Positions 41,129 to 51,381 are shown, numbered from the stretch's first letter. The stretch is DNA of 64,000 nucleotides from Tissierellia bacterium (GCA_012728595.1 JAAYEU010000034.1:3328-67327), one strand, 5' to 3'. The notes: generated from the letters alone by a model not told the origin. Program-made: numbers and translations.

Positions 41129-41188
41129 TACGAAAATTTTGTTAAGAAGGGGAGTTGATACAAACTCTCTTAATTTGGAGGTAATAAT

Positions 41189-41911
41189 GTGAAACTATCG
41201 TCTAGTAGGGAAAAATTATTAAAAAAACTTCAATCTGAAATCAAGTATAATTTTAAGGACATAGAAATTTTGAATACTTCTTTAACCCACAGCTCATATG
41301 CTAACGAAAACAAGGATAAAAATGTTATTAGCAATGAGAGGTTGGAGTTTTTAGGAGATTCAGTTATAAGCTTAGTAGTAAGTGAGTATTTATATAAACG
41401 CTTTGAAGAGTTTCCTGAAGGGGAGTTAACCAAGAGAAGGGCGTCTGTAGTATGTGAATCCTCCTTAGCCTTTGCAGCAAGAAAGATTAATTTAGGGGAA
41501 TATCTACTGCTTGGTAAAGGAGAAGATGCAACTGGAGGCAGAAATAGGGATTCCATATTAGCTGATGCCTTTGAAGGGTTAACAGGAGCCATTTTTGTAG
41601 ATGGAGGATTAAGTAGTGCAAAAGAGTTCTTATTAGGGCAATTCGAACGAGAGGTTATCTATGCCCTATCTAAAGGGAGTTTATTTATCGATTATAAAAC
41701 TGAACTCCAAGAGCTAGTACAAAAAATGGGGAAATCCAGCATCGAATACAGGGTAGAGAAGGAGACAGGACCAGACCATAATAAAAAGTTCTATATGAAT
41801 GTGGTTGTAGATAATGAAATTATAGGAAGTGGAATGGGCAGAAATAAGAAGGAAGCAGAGCAAATGGCAGCTAAGCAAGCCTTGCTAAAAATAGGTGAGT
41901 TAGATGGGTAA
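41189..41911 (+). CDS. rnc: Ribonuclease III
   Basis: 240 aa. NERLEFLGDSV signature and C-terminal dsRBD. GTG start after GGAGGT. Confidence 0.95.
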   Translation: MKLSSSREKLLKKLQSEIKYNFKDIEILNTSLTHSSYANENKDKNVISNERLEFLGDSVISLVVSEYLYKRFEEFPEGELTKRRASVVCESSLAFAARKINLGEYLLLGKGEDATGGRNRDSILADAFEGLTGAIFVDGGLSSAKEFLLGQFEREVIYALSKGSLFIDYKTELQELVQKMGKSSIEYRVEKETGPDHNKKFYMNVVVDNEIIGSGMGRNKKEAEQMAAKQALLKIGELDG

Positions 41912-42989
41912 AAAACACTTCATAATTCCTATATTCGTACCCCATTATGGTTGTCCCCATGATTGCGCTTTTTGCAATCAAAGGAGGATTACCGGTCTGT
42001 CCACTGATGTAACTCCTGAATATGTAGAAAAGATCATAGAGGAGTATCTACCAACCTTTCCTGCAGGTGAAATTACCGTCGAGTTAGCTTTTTATGGTGG
42101 GAGTTTTACAGGAATAGATAAAGAGATTCAGAGAAAATTATTGTCTGTACCCCTTAAATATAAGAGGGAGGGGAAAATAGATAAAATTAGACTTTCAACA
42201 AGGCCTGATTATATAGATGATGATATTTTAAACCTCCTAAAGCAAGGTGGAGTAGACATTATAGAATTAGGGGTCCAATCATTGGATGATGCAGTTTTAA
42301 AGAAAAATGGTAGAGGCCATAATAGCCAACAGGTTTATATGGCCTCTAAGCTAATTAAGGAATATCAATTTGAGTTAGGACTGCAGATGATGCTAGGCTT
42401 AATTGGAGATACTAGGGAAAAGATGATTTATACAGCAAAAGAATTTATTAAGCTAAAACCTTATTGCGTAAGAATTTACCCAACTTTGGTAATAAAGGAC
42501 ACCCATTTAGAAAGATTATATAAATCCGGTAATTTTTCCCCTCTAACCTTGGAGGAGGCTGTTGATATTTCAGCCTACCTACTGATGCTTTTTGAATACC
42601 ATGATATTAATGTAATCCGCATAGGCCTACAGCCGACAGAAAACATAAATTATGGTAAAGATGTGGTGGCAGGTCCTTTCCATCCATCCTTTAGACAATT
42701 GGTTGAATCCCATATTTATAGGATAATTTTAGAAGATTTTTTAAATGCCATAAAAGCAGAAATTGAAGATAGAATGATTTCTATCGATATAAACAATAGG
42801 GATGTATCCAATTTAGTAGGACAAAAATCATCTAATGTCAAGCATTTAGTAAATAAGTACAGCTTAAAATCTATAAAGGTATATGGCAAGCAAATGGATA
42901 AAGATTTGATATTTATAAGGTTTGATGACAAGAATTATAGAATAGACAAAAGGGAGTATATTAAAAGATTACTAAATATAAAAGATTAA
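41904..42989 (+). CDS. Radical SAM protein, ELP3-like core without acetyltransferase domain; function unknown
   Basis: 361 aa. CPHDCAFC (CX3CX2C) near the N-terminus. 8-nt overlap with rnc. Confidence 0.8.
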   Translation: MGKKHFIIPIFVPHYGCPHDCAFCNQRRITGLSTDVTPEYVEKIIEEYLPTFPAGEITVELAFYGGSFTGIDKEIQRKLLSVPLKYKREGKIDKIRLSTRPDYIDDDILNLLKQGGVDIIELGVQSLDDAVLKKNGRGHNSQQVYMASKLIKEYQFELGLQMMLGLIGDTREKMIYTAKEFIKLKPYCVRIYPTLVIKDTHLERLYKSGNFSPLTLEEAVDISAYLLMLFEYHDINVIRIGLQPTENINYGKDVVAGPFHPSFRQLVESHIYRIILEDFLNAIKAEIEDRMISIDINNRDVSNLVGQKSSNVKHLVNKYSLKSIKVYGKQMDKDLIFIRFDDKNYRIDKREYIKRLLNIKD

Positions 42990-43068
42990 GGAAAATGCTT
43001 TTAAGTCGATTGATTATATTTTTTTGGCAATCTATAATATAATTGGAATAATTTATGCAAAAGGGTGA

Positions 43069-46000
43069 TTGGACTTGCACTTGAAAAAGATAGAAATACA
43101 TGGATTTAAATCCTTTGCTGATAAGGTAGAGATAGATTTTAAAAATGGTATCACGGCAATAGTAGGGCCTAATGGCAGCGGTAAGAGTAATATTGCCGAT
43201 GCTATTAGGTGGGTCTTAGGTGAGCAAAGCATAAAGAGCCTAAGGGGAAGCAAGATGGAAGATGTGATTTTTTCGGGTACTGATAGAAGGCGGGCCCTAG
43301 GTTATACCGAGGTTACTATTACCTTTGACAATAATAACAAGGTCATTCCCCTTGATTATCAAGAGGTGGCTATTACAAGAAGGATGTTCCGTTCAGGAGA
43401 AAGTGAATACTATATAAATAAGAATTCCTGTAGATTAAAGGATATCCGTGAGCTATTTATGGATACTGGAGTAGGAAAAGAAGGTTATTCAATAATTGGA
43501 CAAGGCAAGGTGGATGAAATACTTAGCTCAAGGCCGGAAGATAGGAGAAATATCTTCGAAGAAGCAGCGGGCATAGTAAAGTATAAGACTAGAAAGCTAG
43601 AGGCAGAAAAAAAGTTAGAAAAGACGGATAATAACTTATTAAGGATTAAGGATTTAATCCATGAGTTAACAGTCCAGGCAGATAATTTAAAGGAACAGTC
43701 GGAAAAGGCCAATATTTATCTCAAACTCTCCGATAGACTAAAGGAGATTGAAGTCAATCTGTTGATTAGGGAAGCTGATAGGCTCAAAGCTTTAATAGGG
43801 GAGAATAACAAGAAGAAGGAAAAGTTAAAGCTTCAAATGGACGAATTGTTGGCTAGAAGAGAAAAGATTGAAAATAATTTCAATATGATGAAAGATAAAA
43901 TCTCCGACTTAGATTTATCAATAGAGTCATTAGAAAAGGAGAGAACGGAAGTACTAAACTCTTTGAATGAAAATAGAAGCCACTTGGCGCTCTTAGAAGA
44001 GAAGGAAAAATTTTTCAAAAAGGATATTGAAAGATTGACCAATGAACAAGAAGAGCTAATGGCTAAACTAGAAAACTTAAATGAGAATAAAGCAGAATTA
44101 ATGAGAAGGAAGGCCAGCTTGCTGGAGGAACTAAGATTAATAGAGGAGGAATTCCATAATAAAAATGAAGACTTACTAAAACTAAACCAAGGGATTTTAG
44201 CCAAGGAAAAGGAGATTGAAATCCAGAAAGACAATGCAATAGAGGTTTATAACATAATCAGGGAGAAAAAAAGTAAAATAAATAGTTTTGCTAGTTTTAA
44301 GGACAATATTTTAAAGAGAATAGACCAAGTTGAAAAAGAGATGAGCTTTTTATCGAAAAAAAAAGAGGAGGATAAGGAACTTTTAGAAAAAATTATAAGG
44401 GATGAAAAGGAAAAGAATAAGGAGATTGTTAAGGAAAAGGAATATCTTTATGAGCTAAAATTAAAGGAAAAGTCCTATAAAGACCAATTGGATGCTCTTT
44501 ATAGCAAAATCAATTATAAAAAGGCTGAGCTACAGGGGAAGGTATCCAACTACAAATTGCTAAAAACCATGGAAGAGGATTACGAAGGCTATTATAAAAG
44601 CGTTAAAAATCTGATGTTGCAGGCCAAAAAAAATGATTTGCTTAAGACTAGAATTATAGGGCTGGTGGCCGATTTAATAAGGGTAGATGAAGAGTATGAA
44701 AAGGCTATAGACGTTGCCTTAAGTGGAAGCTTGCAAAACATAGTAACTAGAAATGAAGAAGATGCTAAGTTTGTAATCGATTATCTTAGGAACAATAAAC
44801 TAGGCCGAGTTACCTTTTTACCCCTTACTACCATAAAGGGTAGCCCGATATATATAAGTCCTGAAGATAGAAATAGATTCAATGTATTAGGCTTAGGATC
44901 AGAATTAGCAAATTACGATGAAAAGTATAGAAACATATTTGAATATCTATTGGGCAGGACTATAATAATAAAGGATTTAGACGATGCTATAAAACTAGCA
45001 AAGAGATTTAATTACGCCTATAGGATAGTAACTTTAAATGGAGACATAATCAATGCAGGTGGTTCCATGACGGGTGGAAGCCTGTCTAAAGGTAGTACAA
45101 ACCTACTCAATAGGAAGTATAGAATAGAAAAGATAGAAGAGGATATAAATGAACTTCAACAAGTTCTATCTAATTTAGAAGAAGATAAAAGGCAGTTAAA
45201 AACTGAAGTACAGGATATCCAATCCAGGATAAGTATACAGGAAGAAAATCTTCAAAAGATGAACATAGAAATCATTAGGATCGATAATGAAAAAAATAAA
45301 GTTTATAGAGAACTGGAGAGAACCAAAGAATCCCTATTAAAGTATGAAGATGAAATGGATAGGTTAAAAGGTGAACTGGATAACTTATTAAAAGAAGAGG
45401 AAATGATATTAGAAGAGTTGAATTTAATAGATAAGGAAAGCGATAAAACTCAGAAGATTATAAAAGAGATGCTAGCAGAATTCGAAGAGATAAAGCTTCA
45501 GAAAGAAGAGTTAGAAAAGGAAGTAACCGATGTAAAAATAAAATTAAATTATATGGAAAACAAGTTGGCTAATAAGGAAGAAAAGTTAGAATCTATTAGG
45601 ATGGAACTGGAAGATACTGCTAACTTAATAGAATTAAAAGAAGTGGAGCTAAAAAGGATAAGGGAAGAAATAGACTGCTTAATAGACGAAAGAAATCAAA
45701 CTAAGGATGAGATATCAAATTATTCTAAGTTAAAAGAGGAAAAAGAAAAGGCCTTAGCTGAATTAAAATCTCAAAAGGAATTATTGATGAAGGATTACTA
45801 TTTTGAGCAGGAAAGTTTAAACGAGATAAATGGAAAGATAAATGAAGAATCTAATCTTATAAATAGTTGTGATATAGCTGAAGCTAAGTATAATACTCAA
45901 CTAGACAATGTATATTCCAAATTAAAGGATGACTATGAGCTAGATTATGAAAAAGCTCTTGAATATAAAATTCCATTGGAAGACTTAAATAAGGCAAAAG

Positions 46001-46653
46001 CCGACTCTAGAGAATTAAAAAAGAAAATCAAAGAAATTGGCTCAGTAAACCTAGCTTCCATAGAAGATTATAAAAGGGTAAAGGAAAGGCTTGACTTTAT
46101 TAGCAAACAGCATGAAGATTTATTGCTTTCAAAGAAAAATCTATTGCAGGTCATCTCCGATATGGAAAACAAAATGGAAGAACAATTTATATATAATTTT
46201 AATAAAATCAATGAAGCCTTTAAAGAAGTATTCTCTACCCTATTCGGTGGAGGTAAGGCAAGCATTGAATTAGAAGATGACAAGGATGTACTTACCTGCG
46301 GAATTGAGATAAAGGCACAACCGCCAGGAAAAAAACTACAAAATTTATCTCTCCTTTCTGGTGGGGAAAAATCTTTGACTGCTGTTGCACTTCTTTTTGC
46401 AATATTGAAAGTAAAGCCAACACCTTTCTGTATATTGGATGAAATAGATGCTGCTTTAGACGAAGCTAATATAAATAGATATACTAATTATCTACGCAGT
46501 TTTTCTAAGGATACCCAGTTTATCATTATAACCCATAGAAAGGGCACTATGGAAGTGGCGGACATACTATATGGTGTCACTATGGAGGAAGAAGGGGTAA
46601 GCAAGTTAGTATCTGTTAAGTTGACAGATAATCCAGGAGAAATAGCAAGCTAA
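43069..46653 (+). CDS. smc: Chromosome partition protein SMC
   Basis: About 1190 aa. GPNGSGKSN Walker A, hinge, LSGGEKSL signature, ILDEIDAALD Walker B. The likely true start is TTG 43075, giving (M)HLKKIEIHGFKSF. Confidence 0.96.
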   Translation: MDLHLKKIEIHGFKSFADKVEIDFKNGITAIVGPNGSGKSNIADAIRWVLGEQSIKSLRGSKMEDVIFSGTDRRRALGYTEVTITFDNNNKVIPLDYQEVAITRRMFRSGESEYYINKNSCRLKDIRELFMDTGVGKEGYSIIGQGKVDEILSSRPEDRRNIFEEAAGIVKYKTRKLEAEKKLEKTDNNLLRIKDLIHELTVQADNLKEQSEKANIYLKLSDRLKEIEVNLLIREADRLKALIGENNKKKEKLKLQMDELLARREKIENNFNMMKDKISDLDLSIESLEKERTEVLNSLNENRSHLALLEEKEKFFKKDIERLTNEQEELMAKLENLNENKAELMRRKASLLEELRLIEEEFHNKNEDLLKLNQGILAKEKEIEIQKDNAIEVYNIIREKKSKINSFASFKDNILKRIDQVEKEMSFLSKKKEEDKELLEKIIRDEKEKNKEIVKEKEYLYELKLKEKSYKDQLDALYSKINYKKAELQGKVSNYKLLKTMEEDYEGYYKSVKNLMLQAKKNDLLKTRIIGLVADLIRVDEEYEKAIDVALSGSLQNIVTRNEEDAKFVIDYLRNNKLGRVTFLPLTTIKGSPIYISPEDRNRFNVLGLGSELANYDEKYRNIFEYLLGRTIIIKDLDDAIKLAKRFNYAYRIVTLNGDIINAGGSMTGGSLSKGSTNLLNRKYRIEKIEEDINELQQVLSNLEEDKRQLKTEVQDIQSRISIQEENLQKMNIEIIRIDNEKNKVYRELERTKESLLKYEDEMDRLKGELDNLLKEEEMILEELNLIDKESDKTQKIIKEMLAEFEEIKLQKEELEKEVTDVKIKLNYMENKLANKEEKLESIRMELEDTANLIELKEVELKRIREEIDCLIDERNQTKDEISNYSKLKEEKEKALAELKSQKELLMKDYYFEQESLNEINGKINEESNLINSCDIAEAKYNTQLDNVYSKLKDDYELDYEKALEYKIPLEDLNKAKADSRELKKKIKEIGSVNLASIEDYKRVKERLDFISKQHEDLLLSKKNLLQVISDMENKMEEQFIYNFNKINEAFKEVFSTLFGGGKASIELEDDKDVLTCGIEIKAQPPGKKLQNLSLLSGGEKSLTAVALLFAILKVKPTPFCILDEIDAALDEANINRYTNYLRSFSKDTQFIIITHRKGTMEVADILYGVTMEEEGVSKLVSVKLTDNPGEIAS

Positions 46654-46664
46654 GGAGGAGTTCT

Positions 46665-47723
46665 ATGTTTAAAAGACTGTTTAAACGTAATAGAAAAGAC
46701 AACAATATGGAAAAACCAAAAGAAATTGTTGAAAAAGAAGAACTTATTGAAGAAGAATCAAATGAAGAGCCCGAAATTAAAGAGGAGAATCCTACAAAGG
46801 AAAAAGGTCTGAATTTTTTCCAAAAATTAAAGGCTGGATTGGATAAGACCAGGAAGGGAATGACCGATAGGATTGATTCTATCCTAAAGGCATATAATAA
46901 GATTGATGATGAACTATTCGATGATTTAGAGGAGATATTGGTTACTGCAGATGTTGGTATTAACACCACCATGGAGATAGTAGACAGATTAAGAGACCGA
47001 GTAAAAGAGGAAAAGGTTAGTGAGCCCAACCAAGTAAAAGAATTGCTAAAGGAAGAAATCAAAAAAATTATGCAAAATGCAGGGGGAGGAAATGAATTAG
47101 AAATTGAACCTTCACCAGCTGTAATTTTGGTAGTTGGGGTAAATGGAGTTGGAAAAACTACTACCATTGGGAAGCTATCCTATAACTTGAGAAACAAAGG
47201 GAAAAAGGTGATAATAGCTGCAGGAGACACCTTCAGAGCAGCAGCTATCGAGCAGTTGGAAGAATGGAGCAATAGATCGGGAGCAGATTTTATAAGTCAT
47301 ACTGAAGGAGCCGATCCAGCAGCAGTAATCTTTGATGGTATACAGGCAGCAAAAGCCAGAAAAGCTGACGTTTTAATATGTGATACTGCCGGAAGATTAC
47401 ACAATAAAAAGAATTTAATGAATGAATTAAATAAGATATTTAGAGTAGTTAACAATGAATATCCCGAGGCCAAAAAGGAAATACTCCTGGTCTTAGATGC
47501 GACCACTGGTCAAAATGCAATCTCCCAAGCAAAAGTTTTTAAAGAAGTATGTGACATAACCGGAGTAGTACTCACAAAATTAGATGGAACAGCAAAGGGA
47601 GGAGTAGTTATTGCACTCCAATCAGAACTAGGATTACCTGTAAAGCTAGTTGGTATTGGAGAACAAATCGATGATTTACAAGAATTTAATCCAGATGATT
47701 TCGTAGAAGCTATTTTTGATTAA
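46665..47723 (+). CDS. ftsY: Signal recognition particle receptor FtsY
   Basis: 352 aa. Acidic N-terminus, GVNGVGKTTTIGK, DTAGR, TKLDGTAKGG. Confidence 0.95.
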   Translation: MFKRLFKRNRKDNNMEKPKEIVEKEELIEEESNEEPEIKEENPTKEKGLNFFQKLKAGLDKTRKGMTDRIDSILKAYNKIDDELFDDLEEILVTADVGINTTMEIVDRLRDRVKEEKVSEPNQVKELLKEEIKKIMQNAGGGNELEIEPSPAVILVVGVNGVGKTTTIGKLSYNLRNKGKKVIIAAGDTFRAAAIEQLEEWSNRSGADFISHTEGADPAAVIFDGIQAAKARKADVLICDTAGRLHNKKNLMNELNKIFRVVNNEYPEAKKEILLVLDATTGQNAISQAKVFKEVCDITGVVLTKLDGTAKGGVVIALQSELGLPVKLVGIGEQIDDLQEFNPDDFVEAIFD

Positions 47724-47733
47724 AAATTTTTAT

Positions 47734-47763
47734 TTGCTATTGACAAATCCATATAGTTATAAT
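47734..47763 (+). promoter_or_regulatory. Candidate sigma-A promoter for ylxM-ffh
   Basis: TTGCTA (47734-47739), 18-nt spacer, TATAAT (47758-47763). Confidence 0.4.
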
Positions 47764-47769
47764 AAGATT

Positions 47770-47806
47770 ATACTGTCAAGTTTTAAACTTGACAGTATTT
47801 TATTTG
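47770..47806 (+). terminator. Perfect 14+14-nt palindrome plus T-rich tail between ftsY and ylxM (terminator, attenuator or leader hairpin)
   Basis: atactgtcaagttt(47770-47783)-t-aaacttgacagtat(47785-47798), followed by tttatttgg. Confidence 0.45.
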
Positions 47807-47814
47807 GTGATGAT

Positions 47815-48180
47815 ATGCTAAATAAGTTAGTAGAGATAGGTATTTTATTTGACTTTTATGGGAAATTGCTTAGTGAAAGGCAGTTTACTGCAATTGAATT
47901 ATATTATATTCATAATTTATCTTTAGCTGAAATTGGAGAAGAATTAGGCATTAGTCGTCAAAGTGTATATGATACCTTGAAAAGGGCAGAAGAAAAGCTA
48001 TATGAATATGAAAGAACTCTTAGATTAGTGAAAAGGTACTACTACAGTAGAGATGAGATAGATAGACTATACGATTTGATAGGCGATATAGAAAAGGAAT
48101 CTAGTTATTTGAAGAATCAGAAGATAGCAGAAAAGCTAAAGGAGCTAAGAGAGATTATTGGGAAAATATTTGATAAGTAG
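47815..48180 (+). CDS. ylxM: YlxM (UPF0122) putative helix-turn-helix protein of the SRP operon
   Basis: 121 aa from ATG 47815. LFDFYGKLLSERQFTAIELYYIHNLSLAEIGEELGISRQSVYDTLKRAE is the YlxM pattern. The ORF-track extension from 47716 overlaps ftsY and the palindrome. Confidence 0.88.
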   Translation: MLNKLVEIGILFDFYGKLLSERQFTAIELYYIHNLSLAEIGEELGISRQSVYDTLKRAEEKLYEYERTLRLVKRYYYSRDEIDRLYDLIGDIEKESSYLKNQKIAEKLKELREIIGKIFDK

Positions 48181-48198
48181 CCGGGAGGTCGTTTATTA

Positions 48199-49539
48199 AT
48201 GGTATTTGAAAGCTTGTCGGAAAAGCTGCAAAATGCCCTGCAAAAGTTAAAGGGCAAGGGGAAACTTTCAGAAAAAGATGTTGACATGGCTATGAGAGAG
48301 GTTAGATTGGCCCTTTTAGAAGCCGATGTCAACTTTAGGGTAGTCAAAGACTTTATTAAAAGGGTAAAAGAAAGAGCAATCGGCTCTGAGGTAATGGAAA
48401 GTTTAACTCCTGGGCAACAGGTAATCAAAATAGTTAATGAAGAATTAACTACTTTGATGGGAGAAAGGGAAGCCAAATTAAACATTTCATCCACTCCACC
48501 AACCATTATCTTAATGTGTGGTTTGCAGGGAGCTGGAAAGACGACTACTGCAGGTAAACTAGCCAATAACCTTTTAAAACAAAATAAAAGACCCTTACTA
48601 GTGGCTTGTGACGTTTATAGGCCAGCAGCCATTAAACAGTTACAAGTAGTTGGAGAGAGAGTAGGGGTTCCGGTATTTTCTATGGGGGATAAAAACAACC
48701 CAGTAGATATAGCAAAGGCAGCTATTGAGCATGGTAAAAAGAACAACAATGACTTTATTATAATAGATACAGCGGGTAGGCTTCATATAGATGATGATCT
48801 AATGGAGGAGTTAGAAAATATCGAGAAGGCGGTAAATCCCCATGAGATTTTATTGGTAGTAGATGCTATGACAGGACAGGATGCAGTAAACGTAGCAGAA
48901 ACCTTCAATAATAGGTTGGAAATTTCGGGAGTAATACTTACTAAATTAGATGGAGATGCTAGGGGAGGGGCTGCCCTTTCAATTAGGGCTGTTACTAATA
49001 AACCCATCAAATTTGTAGGTATGGGTGAAAAGTTGGATCAGTTAGAGCCTTTCCATCCTGACAGGATGGCTTCCAGGATATTGGGAATGGGCGATATATT
49101 AAGTTTAATTGAGAAGGCTCAATCCTCTATAGACGAGAAAAAGGCTCTAGAACTTGAGAAAAAGATAAGATCACAACAGTTTACCCTAGACGATTTTTTG
49201 GAGCAAATAGATCAGATGAAAAATTTAGGTCCTTTGGATGAAATACTGGGAATGATACCTGGAATAAATTCAAAGGCTCTTAAAAACCTTGATGTAGATG
49301 AAAAGGATATAATAAGAATTCAAGCTATTATACAATCCATGACTCCTGAAGAGAGGAATGATCCTTCTATCATAGATAGTAGGAGGAGAAAAAGGATTGC
49401 AATGGGTAGTGGAACTACTGTACAAGATGTAAATAGGTTATTAAAACAATTCAGAGAGACCAAGAAAATGATGAAGAGATTTACCAATATGGAAAAAGCC
49501 ATCAAGAAAAAAGGGAGATTTGGGTTTCCCTTTTTCTAG
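48199..49539 (+). CDS. ffh: Signal recognition particle protein Ffh (SRP54)
   Basis: 446 aa. GLQGAGKTTTAGK, DTAGR, TKLDGDARGG, Met-rich M domain. Confidence 0.96.
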   Translation: MVFESLSEKLQNALQKLKGKGKLSEKDVDMAMREVRLALLEADVNFRVVKDFIKRVKERAIGSEVMESLTPGQQVIKIVNEELTTLMGEREAKLNISSTPPTIILMCGLQGAGKTTTAGKLANNLLKQNKRPLLVACDVYRPAAIKQLQVVGERVGVPVFSMGDKNNPVDIAKAAIEHGKKNNNDFIIIDTAGRLHIDDDLMEELENIEKAVNPHEILLVVDAMTGQDAVNVAETFNNRLEISGVILTKLDGDARGGAALSIRAVTNKPIKFVGMGEKLDQLEPFHPDRMASRILGMGDILSLIEKAQSSIDEKKALELEKKIRSQQFTLDDFLEQIDQMKNLGPLDEILGMIPGINSKALKNLDVDEKDIIRIQAIIQSMTPEERNDPSIIDSRRRKRIAMGSGTTVQDVNRLLKQFRETKKMMKRFTNMEKAIKKKGRFGFPFF

Positions 49540-49571
49540 ATATAAAAACTAAAGTTTAAGGAGGTGGAAAA

Positions 49572-49844
49572 ATGGCTGTAAAAATAAGACTTAGAAGAAT
49601 GGGGGCTAAGAAAAACCCTTTTTATAGAATAATAGTAGCTGATTCCCGTTCACCAAGAGATGGTAGATTTATAGAGGAAATAGGCTACTACAATCCTTTA
49701 ACTGAACCAAAAACAGTTAAAATAGATGATGAGAAGGCTATTAAATGGTTAGCTAATGGGGCTAAACCTACAGATGTTGTTGATAGGTTGTTTAGAGAAA
49801 ATGGTATTTACGAGAAGGTAAAAGAAGCTGATTCAGAAGAATAA
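49572..49844 (+). CDS. rpsP: 30S ribosomal protein S16
   Basis: 90 aa. [35 protein letters not shown]. Confidence 0.96.
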   Translation: MAVKIRLRRMGAKKNPFYRIIVADSRSPRDGRFIEEIGYYNPLTEPKTVKIDDEKAIKWLANGAKPTDVVDRLFRENGIYEKVKEADSEE

Positions 49845-49863
49845 TTTCTAGGAGGTGCGAAAA

Positions 49864-50094
49864 ATGGGAGAGTTAGTAGAAATAATTGCTAAAGCCCTTG
49901 TAGATAATCCTGAGCAGGTAGAAGTTAATGAGATTGAGGGGACTCAATCTGTAATCATCGAGTTAAAAGTAGCAGAGGAAGATATGGGTAAGATTATTGG
50001 AAAACAGGGTAGAATAGCAAAAGCTATTAGAACTGTAGTTAAAGCAGCAGCTATCAAGGATAACAAAAGAGTGGTAGTAGAAATTATTCAATAG
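49864..50094 (+). CDS. khpA: KH-domain RNA-binding protein KhpA (YlqC)
   Basis: 76 aa from ATG 49864. GKIIGKQGR GXXG loop. Conserved between rpsP and rimM. Confidence 0.9.
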   Translation: MGELVEIIAKALVDNPEQVEVNEIEGTQSVIIELKVAEEDMGKIIGKQGRIAKAIRTVVKAAAIKDNKRVVVEIIQ

Positions 50095-50101
50095 CCAGTA
50101 T

Positions 50102-50125
50102 AGGGTACCTTAAGGTGCCCTTTCT
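50102..50125 (+). terminator. Short hairpin after khpA (possible partial terminator)
   Basis: gggtacc(50103-50109)-ttaa-ggtgccc(50114-50120), then tttct. Confidence 0.4.
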
Positions 50126-50148
50126 ACTATATAACGGTTGGTGAAAGT

Positions 50149-50652
50149 ATGGACTATATTAAAGTAGGTTGGATAACGAATACTCATGGAATAAAAGGAG
50201 AGTTAAAGATTCATCCACTGACGGATGATATTAACCGTTTTGATGATTTAAAGAAAGTCTATATAGGGAATAATAAAGTTGCAGCTGAAATCGAAAGGGT
50301 TAAATATATCAAGGGATGGGTTATTCTAAAATTTAAGGAGTTTAATAACATTAACGAGGTATTACAATATAAGGGAGACTATATTTATATAGATGAAAGG
50401 GATAGAGTAGAACTACCCGAGGACCACTTTTTTATCTTCGATATTATCGACTGTAGTGTATATACCACAAAGGGTGAAAAAGTTGGCCTAGTAGTCGATG
50501 TATTACAGTATGCTAGTAATGATGTTTATGTAGTCAAAGACCATAATAATGAAAAGGAATATCTAATTCCAGCAGTAAAGGAGTTTGTTGTGGAAGTAGA
50601 TGTGGAGGATAAAAAGATAATAATTGATCCTATCGAGGGAATGATAGAATGA
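50149..50652 (+). CDS. rimM: 16S rRNA processing protein RimM
   Basis: 167 aa. VGWITNTHGIKGELKI start and PRC-barrel C-terminus. Confidence 0.92.
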   Translation: MDYIKVGWITNTHGIKGELKIHPLTDDINRFDDLKKVYIGNNKVAAEIERVKYIKGWVILKFKEFNNINEVLQYKGDYIYIDERDRVELPEDHFFIFDIIDCSVYTTKGEKVGLVVDVLQYASNDVYVVKDHNNEKEYLIPAVKEFVVEVDVEDKKIIIDPIEGMIE

Positions 50653-51380
50653 GAATAGATGTATTGACCTTGTTTCCAGAGATATTTGCCACTTTCAAAA
50701 GCTGGAGCATGGTTGGTAGAATTATGGATAAGGGTTTAGTTACTATAAATGAAATAAATATTAGGGATTTTTCAGAAGATAAACACAGGCGAGTCGACGA
50801 TTACCCTTTTGGTGGTGGACCTGGTATGATAATGAAGCCAGAGCCCATCTATTCAGCTATTAAAGAGGTAAAAAGGGATCATTCAAAGGTAATTTATTTA
50901 TCTCCTCAAGGAAAGGTTTTTAACCAAGAATTGGCCAATAATCTATCCAAGGAGGAGCATTTAATATTATTATGTGGACATTATGAAGGTATAGACAACA
51001 GAATTGTAGAGAACTATGTAGACTTAGAAATTTCCATAGGTGATTACGTTCTAACTGGCGGAGAAATACCCGCTATGGTTTTAATTGAATCTATAATAAG
51101 GCTACTACCTGGAGCTTTGGAAGAAGAAGCAATACAGCATGAGTCCCATTATAATGGATTACTAGAATATCCGCAATATACTCGTCCAAGAGTTTTCAAG
51201 GGTGTAGCCGTTCCAGAGGTATTGCTCTCTGGGAATCATCAAAAAATCCATGAGTGGCGTAAATATCAGTCTTTGAAAAACACCTATTTAAAAAGGCCAG
51301 ATTTATTGGAAAAAGTTCAATTAACCGATGAAGAAATAAAAATGTTAGAAGAAATTAAAGAAAGTTTTAGAAGAAAATAA
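50649..51380 (+). CDS. trmD: tRNA (guanine37-N1)-methyltransferase TrmD
   Basis: 243 aa. MRIDVLTLFPE start, GGGPGM, CGHYEGIDNR. ATGA overlap with rimM. Confidence 0.96.
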   Translation: MRIDVLTLFPEIFATFKSWSMVGRIMDKGLVTINEINIRDFSEDKHRRVDDYPFGGGPGMIMKPEPIYSAIKEVKRDHSKVIYLSPQGKVFNQELANNLSKEEHLILLCGHYEGIDNRIVENYVDLEISIGDYVLTGGEIPAMVLIESIIRLLPGALEEEAIQHESHYNGLLEYPQYTRPRVFKGVAVPEVLLSGNHQKIHEWRKYQSLKNTYLKRPDLLEKVQLTDEEIKMLEEIKESFRRK

Positions 51381-51381
51381 G

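Noticed and set aside
46616-47167. 183-aa minus-strand ORF
   Set aside because: It is antisense to the smc 3' end and the acidic N-terminus of ftsY. The repetitive S/F/L composition marks it as a mirror-frame artefact.
47716-47814. N-terminal 33-codon extension of ylxM in the ORF track
   Set aside because: It would start at a TTG inside ftsY and read through the promoter and palindrome. The conserved YlxM sequence begins at ATG 47815.
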